Translations under genes and position numbers: made by a program
The notes under the pieces: model-generated
Seen by the model: only the letters and a program-made list of their open reading frames with translations
Databases searched by the model: none
Told to the model about the DNA's origin: nothing
Shown: positions 18,650-27,132 of the stretch, piece by piece
Layout of the letters: every line of letters begins with the position of its first letter
Position numbering within the stretch: position 1 is the stretch's first letter
Assembly: GCA_021773355.1 (NCBI GenBank)
Contig: JAJFKE010000026.1
Span: 50,358-114,357 of the forward strand
DNA from: Gammaproteobacteria bacterium
Lineage (GTDB): Bacteria; Pseudomonadota; Gammaproteobacteria; Pseudomonadales; Pseudohongiellaceae
DNA: 64,000 nt
Direction of reading: 5' to 3'

Positions 18650-19798
18650 TTGCGTATAGGAGATTGCAGGAACACCGTTGATTTTCGAAAATTAGCTAAA
18701 AAAAGACTCCCGGCACCCTTGTTTCATTATATCGATGGTGGCTCTGACGACGAAGTGACCCTGCGTCGGAATACCGAAGCCTTCGATGGAGTGCGCCTGA
18801 TTCCGAATGCCCTGGCTGACCTTTCTGCCATGGACCTTAGTGTCAATGTGCTGGGTCAAGACATCGATTGGCCAGTTTTTTGTGCGCCTACCGGAATGAG
18901 CCGTTTGTTTCATCCAGAAGGGGAGAGGGCAGTCTGCGCGGCGGCTTATAAAGCCAAAACAATGTACAGCCTGTCGACCGTATCCACAGTTAGTATCGAA
19001 GAAATTGGCGAATTAACTCCAGGCCCTAAATGTTTTCAAATTTACATTCATAAAGACCGGGGGCTTAGCTTCGATTTTATTGAACGTTGTAAGCAAGCGA
19101 ATTATTCTGCTCTTTGTCTTACCGTCGATACATTAGTTGCAGGTAACCGCGAACGAGATATCAGCACTGGTATGGTGATGCCCCCCAGGTTGACCTTCGC
19201 CAGTCTATTGAGTTTTATGGCCCATCCGGGCTGGGCTTGGGGTTATTTAAGTTCAGGGAAATTTCAACTGGCCAATGTTGTGGATCATATAGAAGAAGGT
19301 TCAGGCAAGCTCACCTCGGTAATCGATTATGTAAACAGTCAGTTTGATCATTCCATAACCTGGAAAGATGCGGAACAGGCAATCCAGGCTTGGGGCGGTC
19401 CCTTCGCGATTAAAGGGATAATGTCCGTGGCGGATGCCCAGCGTGCTGTGGATGTTGGCGCCAGTGCCATCATGATATCGAATCACGGGGGTCGGCAATT
19501 AGATGGATCCACCGCTCCATTCGACCAATTACCCGCCATCGTAGATGCGGTAGGTGACAAGATCGAAATCATACTCGATGGTGGTGTACGCAGAGGCACC
19601 CATGTATTGAAGGCTATAGCTATGGGCGCAAAAGCTTGTATGATCGGTCGAGGCTACCTGTATGCTTTGGCGGCGGGCGGCCAGCCAGGAGTCGAACGTG
19701 CCTTGGGGCGTCTTCGTGGAGAAATCAAACGGGACATGATTCTGATGGGTTGCTCTAAACTTGAACAGCTGAATCGATCAAAATTACACTTCGGCTAA
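18650..19798 (+). CDS. FMN-dependent alpha-hydroxy-acid dehydrogenase/oxidase (LldD-like)
   Basis: LPAPLFHYIDGGSDDE N-terminus and SNHGGRQLD motif. TTG start preceded by GAGGAGG at 5 nt. Confidence 0.8.
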   Translation: MRIGDCRNTVDFRKLAKKRLPAPLFHYIDGGSDDEVTLRRNTEAFDGVRLIPNALADLSAMDLSVNVLGQDIDWPVFCAPTGMSRLFHPEGERAVCAAAYKAKTMYSLSTVSTVSIEEIGELTPGPKCFQIYIHKDRGLSFDFIERCKQANYSALCLTVDTLVAGNRERDISTGMVMPPRLTFASLLSFMAHPGWAWGYLSSGKFQLANVVDHIEEGSGKLTSVIDYVNSQFDHSITWKDAEQAIQAWGGPFAIKGIMSVADAQRAVDVGASAIMISNHGGRQLDGSTAPFDQLPAIVDAVGDKIEIILDGGVRRGTHVLKAIAMGAKACMIGRGYLYALAAGGQPGVERALGRLRGEIKRDMILMGCSKLEQLNRSKLHFG

Positions 19799-19866
19799 TT
19801 CTCTAAAACAATAGTCGCCGTATCAATTCTTTCTGTAAGTGAACATACGACCCAGGGGTCTGAACT

Positions 19867-20661
19867 ATGTGGTTAGCTACCAGCTGTGATTTTGAGTTCG
19901 ATATCACCGTGCCGACACCTTTTATACTGATGCTTAGGCCTCGCAGTGGCGCCCAACAATGGATTTCCCGCGAGGAATACAAGCTAACTCCCAGTGTCCC
20001 GGTGTTTGAGTTTACCGATAATTACGGCAACCTCTGTCAGCGGCTGGTTGCCCCGGCGGGTCGTTTTACTATTCATACGGCGGCGGAGGTCATGACTACC
20101 GATATAGTCGATAAGGCTCCTGGGGCGCCCTTCGTTGAAATTCAGCTGCTTCCCAATGAGGTGCTGGGTTTCTTATTGCCCAGCAGGTACTGTGAATCTG
20201 AAAGTTTTAATCAAATGGCAGTGGAAATAACCACAGGTAAATTATTGGGGTATGATCAGGTGGCAGCCATAGAAGATTGGTTGCGAAAGACAATTCGTTA
20301 CGAACCTGGTAGTAGTGATGATCCTATTTCCGCAATTGCCGTAAATCAAAAACAATCGGGCGTCTGTCGGGATCTTTCTCATCTCGGAATAGCACTGTGC
20401 CGCGCCTTGAGTATTCCTGCTCGTTTAGTCGTTGGCTATAACCACGGCTTGGTCCCCATGGACATGCATGCCTGGTTCGAAGCCTTTGTGGGCGGCCGTT
20501 GGTATGCATTTGATGCGACGCAGGAAGAGATGACACCCGGCTATGTGGCTATTGGCTTTGGTCGCGACGCTGCCGATGTCGCAGTCTATAATCAATTCGG
20601 CCCTGCCGTATATCCGATCACGCAACGGGTTAGTGTTGAGTTAATCGAAGCAGACAACTAG
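19867..20661 (+). CDS. transglutaminase-like cysteine-peptidase-fold protein
   Basis: Catalytic-triad context [10 protein letters not shown] (Cys), MHAWFEAF (His) and FDAT (Asp). Confidence 0.75.
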   Translation: MWLATSCDFEFDITVPTPFILMLRPRSGAQQWISREEYKLTPSVPVFEFTDNYGNLCQRLVAPAGRFTIHTAAEVMTTDIVDKAPGAPFVEIQLLPNEVLGFLLPSRYCESESFNQMAVEITTGKLLGYDQVAAIEDWLRKTIRYEPGSSDDPISAIAVNQKQSGVCRDLSHLGIALCRALSIPARLVVGYNHGLVPMDMHAWFEAFVGGRWYAFDATQEEMTPGYVAIGFGRDAADVAVYNQFGPAVYPITQRVSVELIEADN

Positions 20662-20666
20662 TGCAA

Positions 20667-21065
20667 TCATTCAGTAGCAGTGACTTGTTTGCGTTTACCT
20701 TTCAACAAATCTTTAATCTTGTCGCCGAAGGTTTCGTATTTTAAATCACTGAACTCTCCGGCATCGAGAAAAACACGATAGCAGTTTGGACAGGACTCCA
20801 GCCAGATATGGGTTTGAGCTGGGTCGACTATCTTGTCCATGTCGACCTTGCAGTGTGGGCATTGAATATCATCGACCCTGTCAAATTTCTTGCCTATGGA
20901 AACCGCGCCTATGTCGAGAAAGGTTTCCACCATCCATTTGCCTCGCATCCTATCCAGCACATGATTTTCAACTAATAGTCCATAACAAACCCGGCATCGC
21001 TCCAGGTTTATGTTCTCGCCGTGAGATTTAGTCTCCATGTCTCCAGCGCATTTATGACATTGCAT
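20667..21065 (-). CDS. double zinc-ribbon protein (TFIIB-type Zn-ribbon)
   Basis: Two CxxC...CxxC units (CHKC...CRVC and CPHC...CPNC). 132 aa with a Lys-rich tail. Confidence 0.5.
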   Translation of the reverse strand: MQCHKCAGDMETKSHGENINLERCRVCYGLLVENHVLDRMRGKWMVETFLDIGAVSIGKKFDRVDDIQCPHCKVDMDKIVDPAQTHIWLESCPNCYRVFLDAGEFSDLKYETFGDKIKDLLKGKRKQVTATE

Positions 21066-21317
21066 TTCGGCCTCCCGAGGCTAGAAGTTAGACAGGGAAA
21101 ATATTAGCGAAACCAGACAAAATAGCAAATCCTGTGTGCCAGGGATGGGCCGTGAATCAGGAAACTTAGCAATGCTTCAGCTGTATAGTTAAACAGTCGA
21201 AACAGTTAGAATGGAGCCATAAACCGTAGAGATACCGGGCTTGGAGTTTATTCCAGCAATCATAACAATAACTGGCACGACATAGGCTCAACAGTTAACT
21301 GCACGGATCGAATCGAA

Positions 21318-21803
21318 ATGAACGTAGAGAAAGAGGACTTGGCTAAGGCCAAGGAGCTAACTATTTTGGGCTGGCGTGAGTGGGTTCAACTTCCCGATTT
21401 GGTGGATGTTGCAATAAAGGCGAAGGTGGATACTGGTGCAAAAACTTCATCTCTGCATGCTTTTTTCATAGAACCTTATTCCAAGGACGGAGTTGCTTGG
21501 GTAAAGTTTTTGCTGCACCCAAACCAGAAAAATTCCGATTTTGAAGTCGAATGTCATGCCCTGGTGGCCGACCGGCGTGAGGTGTCCGATTCGGGCGGGC
21601 ACCGCGAAGAGCGCTATGTAATAGAATCGACCATAGTGCTTGGTAGGCAGGTGCTAATTACCGAATTTACCCTAACTGATAGAGACTCGATGAGTTTTCG
21701 CATGTTGCTGGGGCGGAATTTGCTGCGCGGGGCCTATACAGTAGATAGTGGGGCATCTTTCCTGCTAGGGGGCAACTCCAAGAACGCCGGCCTGGCTATC
21801 TAG
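21318..21803 (+). CDS. retropepsin-like aspartic protease of the RimK-associated family (often annotated ATP-dependent zinc protease; RimB-like)
   Basis: DTGA active-site signature (KAKVDTGAKTSSLHAF). ~160 aa and adjacent to the rimK operon. Confidence 0.7.
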   Translation: MNVEKEDLAKAKELTILGWREWVQLPDLVDVAIKAKVDTGAKTSSLHAFFIEPYSKDGVAWVKFLLHPNQKNSDFEVECHALVADRREVSDSGGHREERYVIESTIVLGRQVLITEFTLTDRDSMSFRMLLGRNLLRGAYTVDSGASFLLGGNSKNAGLAI

Positions 21804-22850
21804 TTAGACAATTGGGGGCTCATGCGACGGCTTTACATCGGTAGCGGGATCCATTTCATCCTGAAATACTTCAACCGTCTCATGAACGCCTACCGTGTCT
21901 TCAAATCTTGCTATATGGAAAAGCGCTTCGCCCGAATTCACCAACGGTATATTGGTGCGGCCAATAATTATTCCTTCTCCATTCGCCATAACTGTATCCT
22001 CCGAAGAACCAAAGGGGTCTGATACCACCCCCAGTATTTCTGCATGCCCTACCTTTTCGCCCAAAGATTTTTTGGCCCGAAGAATGCCGCTCTTGGCCGC
22101 CCTTACCCAATAGCTGGATCTGGCTACAAAGGGATCCGTGCTCTTTGCAGATGATTTCAGTTTCGGAATCATATCCAGCTCGCGCATAACTGAAATAATT
22201 CCTTTCACACCGGCTCTAATGGCTACTTCGTGGAAGCGCAGTGCTTCGCCCGCTTCATAAACAATTACTGGAATACCCATTTTCGATGTCGCGTCTCTAA
22301 GAGTCCCCTCGGCGACTGCAGTATTTACTATAACCGGTGAATTAAAGGCCCTGGCCATTCTGTCTATTTCGGGGTTTAGTAGCTCGGCGCGTATCTGAGG
22401 GAAGTTGTCACGATGTATTGCGGCAGTGTGAAGATCAATACCGTGAGTACACTTGGAGGCGATCTCGGTTAGAAAAAGATGTGCCATACGTGCGGCCAAA
22501 GAACCTTTTTCTGAGCCGGGAAAAGACCGATTTAAATCTCTCCTATCGGGCAAGTATCGGGTCTGAGAAATAAATCCCAGTATATTGACCACAGGTACGG
22601 CAACCAGAGTTCCATTGATTCGTTTTAGAGATTTTCGATTTAGTACTCGACGAATAATCTCCACCCCATTAATTTCATCGCCATGAATAGCTCCAGACAG
22701 AAACAGAATGGGGCCAGGCTTTTTACCATGGATGACATATACCGGACAGGACATCGGGTTGTGCGTGTAGAGAGCTGGAATGGGGAGATCTATCGCTACC
22801 TGTGTGCCAGCCTTTACCGACACATTGCCTATTACAAAGGGTTCTCGCAT
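21804..22850 (-). CDS. succinylglutamate desuccinylase/aspartoacylase-family zinc deacylase (M14-like)
   Basis: Zinc motif GAIHGDEINGVE. 348 aa. Starts 3 nt after the rimK stop. Confidence 0.75.
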   Translation of the reverse strand: MREPFVIGNVSVKAGTQVAIDLPIPALYTHNPMSCPVYVIHGKKPGPILFLSGAIHGDEINGVEIIRRVLNRKSLKRINGTLVAVPVVNILGFISQTRYLPDRRDLNRSFPGSEKGSLAARMAHLFLTEIASKCTHGIDLHTAAIHRDNFPQIRAELLNPEIDRMARAFNSPVIVNTAVAEGTLRDATSKMGIPVIVYEAGEALRFHEVAIRAGVKGIISVMRELDMIPKLKSSAKSTDPFVARSSYWVRAAKSGILRAKKSLGEKVGHAEILGVVSDPFGSSEDTVMANGEGIIIGRTNIPLVNSGEALFHIARFEDTVGVHETVEVFQDEMDPATDVKPSHEPPIV

Positions 22851-22853
22851 CGG

Positions 22854-23759
22854 CTAGCCTGTGCCCCGCGTGTTGGTTTTTCCGGCTTTGAGATTCTTTT
22901 CCAGAAAAGAAATAATCATGCCTGCAATATCTTTTCCTGTGGCCGCTTCGATACCTTCCAGGCCTGGCGAGGAATTAACCTCCATAACAACCGGACCATG
23001 GTTCGACCTTAAAATGTCTACACCGCAAACATTTAAGCCCATGGTTTTTGCGGCTCGAACCGCCGTGGAGCGTTCCTCCGGTGTAATCTTTATTATCGAC
23101 GCTGAACCGCCTCGATGAATATTCGAACGAAATTCACCCTCTGCCGCTGTTCGTTTCATTGCCGCAACTACCTTGTCACCGATTACGAAGCAGCGTATGT
23201 CTGAGCCGCCAGCCTCGCCTATGTACTCTTGCACCAGAACACTTATGTGCAAGCCGAGGAAAGATTCAATCACACTTTCCGCCGCCTTACGGGTCTCAGC
23301 CAGAACCACTCCTATACCTTGTGTGCCCTCCAGTAGCTTTATAACCAGCGGTGCCCCGCCTACCATCTTAATTAAATCGGGAATGTCATCAGGCTTGTTG
23401 GCGAAGCCCGTGATTGGCAAGCCAATACCACGTCTGGAAAGTAGTTGACAAGCACGCAATTTGTCTCGCGAACGGGATATCGCCACAGATTCATTCAGTG
23501 GATAGAGTCGCATCATTTCGAACTGCCTGAGAACGGCGGTACCATAGAATGTCACCGATGCACCAATACGCGGAATGATGGCATCGTAGCCTGTAATCTC
23601 TTCACCTTTGTAGTGAATAGAAGGGCGGTGAGAGGTTATGTTCATGTAGCAACGCAGGACATCGAGTGTGCGAATTTCGTGACCTCGCTCTGTCGCAGCC
23701 TCTATAATCCGCCGAGTTGAATATAATTTGGGATTGCGTGATAAAACGATAATTTTCAT
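22854..23759 (-). CDS. rimK: ribosomal protein S6--L-glutamate ligase RimK (ATP-grasp)
   Basis: [30 protein letters not shown]-terminus and ATP-grasp text throughout. 301 aa. Confidence 0.9.
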   Translation of the reverse strand: MKIIVLSRNPKLYSTRRIIEAATERGHEIRTLDVLRCYMNITSHRPSIHYKGEEITGYDAIIPRIGASVTFYGTAVLRQFEMMRLYPLNESVAISRSRDKLRACQLLSRRGIGLPITGFANKPDDIPDLIKMVGGAPLVIKLLEGTQGIGVVLAETRKAAESVIESFLGLHISVLVQEYIGEAGGSDIRCFVIGDKVVAAMKRTAAEGEFRSNIHRGGSASIIKITPEERSTAVRAAKTMGLNVCGVDILRSNHGPVVMEVNSSPGLEGIEAATGKDIAGMIISFLEKNLKAGKTNTRGTG

Positions 23760-23845
23760 TAAGTGCCTCTTTAGAGCCCGCTATTATAGGTGGCTTTGCA
23801 TTGATTTACTCGATACTGTTTGATTTTGCTGTATAGAATTTGTGC

Positions 23846-25189
23846 TTAGGACTCTGCAGGGAGCTGCCCAATTTCAGAAGATTTAAGGTGCAGGTCGCGC
23901 TGCGGGTAAGGTATTTCTATATTATTTGCGTGAAATTTATCCCAAATACGAATCAGTAATTCGCTGACAACGTTGGCCCGACCGTTCATGGGGTCATTAA
24001 TCCAAAAACGCATTTCAAGATTGACAGAACTGTCGGCAAATTCTTTCATCAGACAGTTTGGGGCAGGATCTGCCAAGATTCTGCCGGTTTCCTTGGCAGC
24101 CTCCAGGCAAAGCTCCATTGCCTTGTGCACATCCGATTTGTAATGGACACCCACTATTTTTCTGAGCCTAAGTAGATTTTGAGAATGAGACCAATTCTCT
24201 ACGCGGTTAATGATTAAATCTTCATTGGGAATTAGATGCTCAACACCGTCTCGAGTTGTAACCGAGACATAACGCGCCGTAAGCGAGTCAACCCGACCGT
24301 AATAGTCAGCTATGGCGATAACATCGCCTGGCTTGATGGACTTATCCAGAAGCAATATAAATCCGCTAATTAGATTAGCGAAGATTTTTTGCAAACCAAA
24401 GCCGATGCCCACTCCCACAGCACCGCCAACTACGGCAAACGCGGTAAGATCCACCCCTACGATTGCGAGGGCGGTGATAAAGGCAACTGCGCCTAATAGT
24501 ATGCGCATAAACTTGATAGACAAAACCTGCATCGAAGGGGACAGGTTCTGCGAGGACTTCAATTTGCTCTCGGTAATTTGCCCGGCTATTGCGGTAATCC
24601 ACAGCAGTATGCCCAGGGTAATCAGGGCTTGAATGACTGTAAGAACAGAAATAGTTGCCTGGCCCAGGGAAAAGGAGACTTCATCAAGAAATTCTATAGT
24701 CGGGTTGAGAATTCCCAAGATGTTTAGCGCAGCGATAAACCAAGCGGTCATTGCGATGGTTCTGGACCAGAAGCGACTGCGAACGAAAATGGTCACAAAT
24801 TGAATAATGACCCAGGCGGTCAACAGGCTGGTGGTAACCACTAGAGAAGCATTAGAGAGATCCCACTGTTCGGTTAGGATTACAGAAACCCATTGCAAAA
24901 ATAACCAAATCGCCGGAAAGGCCACGTCTCGCACAGTATCCAAAATGCGTTGAATTACGCCGGAGCGAGGTTGTGCGGCAATGAAATTCTGAATTCGTGA
25001 GCGTAAGCCGCTGGCGAGAGGCCAGGCTATTGTGGCCGCCAAGGCAATAATACCGATGCAGATTAGGGTGTCTGCAACGAAGACGTCGGTACGAAACCAG
25101 TCCAAAATATTATTCAGCCACACAGACCATAATGCCGGATCTGTAATCTGATCAATTAGCGGGGTAGTTAGCTCTTCCACTACAACCAT
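23846..25189 (-). CDS. mechanosensitive ion channel, MscS family
   Basis: Multi-TM N-terminal half and a conserved MscS beta-domain text (GDVIAIADYYGRVDSLTARYVSVTTRDGVEHLIPNEDL). Confidence 0.8.
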   Translation of the reverse strand: MVVVEELTTPLIDQITDPALWSVWLNNILDWFRTDVFVADTLICIGIIALAATIAWPLASGLRSRIQNFIAAQPRSGVIQRILDTVRDVAFPAIWLFLQWVSVILTEQWDLSNASLVVTTSLLTAWVIIQFVTIFVRSRFWSRTIAMTAWFIAALNILGILNPTIEFLDEVSFSLGQATISVLTVIQALITLGILLWITAIAGQITESKLKSSQNLSPSMQVLSIKFMRILLGAVAFITALAIVGVDLTAFAVVGGAVGVGIGFGLQKIFANLISGFILLLDKSIKPGDVIAIADYYGRVDSLTARYVSVTTRDGVEHLIPNEDLIINRVENWSHSQNLLRLRKIVGVHYKSDVHKAMELCLEAAKETGRILADPAPNCLMKEFADSSVNLEMRFWINDPMNGRANVVSELLIRIWDKFHANNIEIPYPQRDLHLKSSEIGQLPAES

Positions 25190-26145
25190 CCTTTGCGACG
25201 AAACAGTATTAGTTGCACTATGGCAGCTAGTGCCATAAAACCCAGAACTACAAAATAAGCAGGTCTGAAGCTAAGTTCTGGTATGTATTCGAAATTCATA
25301 CCATATAATCCCGCGACGAAGGTCAGCGGTACAAAAATTACGGTAATAACAGTTAAAATTTGCATTACCCGATTTAGTCTATGAGATGAAAGGGCAAGAT
25401 ATCCGTCGGATAAATCCTTTAGCACGTCGTAGTAAAGACTGGATAGACTCTGCGAGCGTTCTACCTGCTCATACAGGTCAATAGACTCGTGTGAAAGGTC
25501 CTGATTAAAAAAAGCGGGAGGTTCGTCTCGCAGTGTCATTGTAATTAATTTGTGATAATTGGCGTTACGTGTGATATGTCTCAACCTGGATTTGTAACTG
25601 GTTATTTCTGAAAGAAGTTCGTCATTGGGTTTCGCAAACATCTCGGCTTCCAGGCTGTCCAATCTGGGCTCGAATTCTATTAAAAGCCTCACATAGCGAC
25701 GAAACAGTCGATCTGCGATTCTGAGTGCTAAGGCTGCAGGCCCCGCCATAATTAATTCTGGCTGTTCTTTAATTTTTTCATAGAGTCCATTAATACTGTC
25801 GGACTCTTTGCTATGGCGGGTAACAAGAAGCCTGTCTTTCACGAAAATGGAAAGAGGGAAAAAGCTCGATTCCAGATTTTTTTCCGATGTCAGAAGACCT
25901 CGGAGAAGCAAAAAGACATGATCATTATAACTTTCAATTTTTGGTGGATGGCGCTTACGTAATGCGTCCTGAATTGCCAGAGGATGAAAACCGAAGCTTT
26001 CCAGAATTGGTCTTTCCTCATTTTCTTCATAATCCAATAAGTCAACCCACAGGATAGAATCGGGTTGTTGCTGCCACAATTGCAGAAGCTCCACACCGCC
26101 AAACTGCGTCGATTTTGTATCAGGGTTGAAGAGAACACTCTGCAT
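25180..26145 (-). CDS. corA: CorA magnesium/cobalt transporter
   Basis: YGMNFEYIPEL (GMN motif) followed by two C-terminal TM helices. AAAGGAA SD precedes ATG 26145; the ORF-track start at 26205 is less likely. Confidence 0.85.
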   Translation of the reverse strand: MQSVLFNPDTKSTQFGGVELLQLWQQQPDSILWVDLLDYEENEERPILESFGFHPLAIQDALRKRHPPKIESYNDHVFLLLRGLLTSEKNLESSFFPLSIFVKDRLLVTRHSKESDSINGLYEKIKEQPELIMAGPAALALRIADRLFRRYVRLLIEFEPRLDSLEAEMFAKPNDELLSEITSYKSRLRHITRNANYHKLITMTLRDEPPAFFNQDLSHESIDLYEQVERSQSLSSLYYDVLKDLSDGYLALSSHRLNRVMQILTVITVIFVPLTFVAGLYGMNFEYIPELSFRPAYFVVLGFMALAAIVQLILFRRKGWL

Positions 26146-26459
26146 CTTTGCGATTCCTTTGATTGCTGACGGTCTTTGAGACGGTATTTCCACCAGCCTC
26201 ACCAATAGATGTAACCCGCCGGACTTGGACTTAAAGGGAAGATGCGAAAATATACCCTGGTCCAGCTACGTGGCTTGATCATTGTGATAGAGAATTGTGG
26301 GTAAAGCTAGAGGTAAAACAATCCATCTTTAGACGAATTTTCACTGGAGAGTAAGGGGAAAAAAGGGAGTGTGTATGAGCCAGCTAACAAGCGCTTCGGG
26401 CTTTGCAACTCAACGATGAACGCTGCCAGAGTCAGTTGCGATGTTCTTGCACTGACCCA

Positions 26460-26795
26460 CTACTTCCGCTGCCAGTCCCCATTTGCATTTTGAACGAACT
26501 GGCCAACGGGTGTCGCCGCTACCGCCTTCTCATAAGCCAGGGCGGCGACTTGCTCTACTGTTATACCGTTCTGTTGTGCTATTTGCCTGTATAGGTCGCG
26601 GCGTTGATTGTTTATATCCTGTACCATGCTTACAACTTCCGCTGCTGCGTTGCTAACCACCAGTCCCACATAGCCATCGCGTTGTTCTCCGACCAAGCCC
26701 TGGTCCTTCGCCTCCTGTAGCGTCAAGGCGAAGCTGGCTGGGATCGCCAGTACACAAAAAAGCAAAATAAGAGTTCTATTGACGATATTATTCAT
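26460..26795 (-). CDS. ydbL: YdbL (DUF1318) periplasmic protein
   Basis: Signal peptide. LQEAKDQGLVGEQRDGYVGLV matches YdbL text. It is the third gene of the conserved ydbH-ynbE-ydbL order. Confidence 0.7.
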   Translation of the reverse strand: MNNIVNRTLILLFCVLAIPASFALTLQEAKDQGLVGEQRDGYVGLVVSNAAAEVVSMVQDINNQRRDLYRQIAQQNGITVEQVAALAYEKAVAATPVGQFVQNANGDWQRK

Positions 26796-26807
26796 AATCG
26801 AATCCTG

Positions 26808-27002
26808 TTAAAACAAACCGCTGTCTAAGGTAAAAATTTCATCCAATTCTTGTTCAACCTTGACGCGAATCTCGTGCTCGATTCTAACATTCAGATTGAT
26901 TGTAATTGGTTCATTGGGAACCGCCACCTGGATGGTTGGTGTACACGCTGCCAAGGCTAAGCTCAGTAGCGAGACGCTGCTGCCGATTGCAATAATTTTC
27001 AT
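26808..27002 (-). CDS. ynbE: YnbE-family lipoprotein
   Basis: Lipobox LALAAC. EPITINLNVRIEHEIRVKV matches E. coli YnbE text. 64 aa. Confidence 0.7.
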   Translation of the reverse strand: MKIIAIGSSVSLLSLALAACTPTIQVAVPNEPITINLNVRIEHEIRVKVEQELDEIFTLDSGLF

Positions 27003-27132
27003 AGAATTTGTACTCTGTAGTGCATGTGACCGACTCTTCGCTATTCATCATTGTTCACAGTATATCGACGGATTATGAACCTATGCTTAAGCCAGGTCTT
27101 CAAATAGATTAGACCGCCAGTATGTGAATAAG

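Noticed and set aside
26146-26459. Mg2+-sensing leader (M-box-like) in the 314-nt spacer upstream of corA.
   Set aside because: I recognised no conserved M-box elements or convincing multi-helix structure by eye. It needs an Rfam scan.
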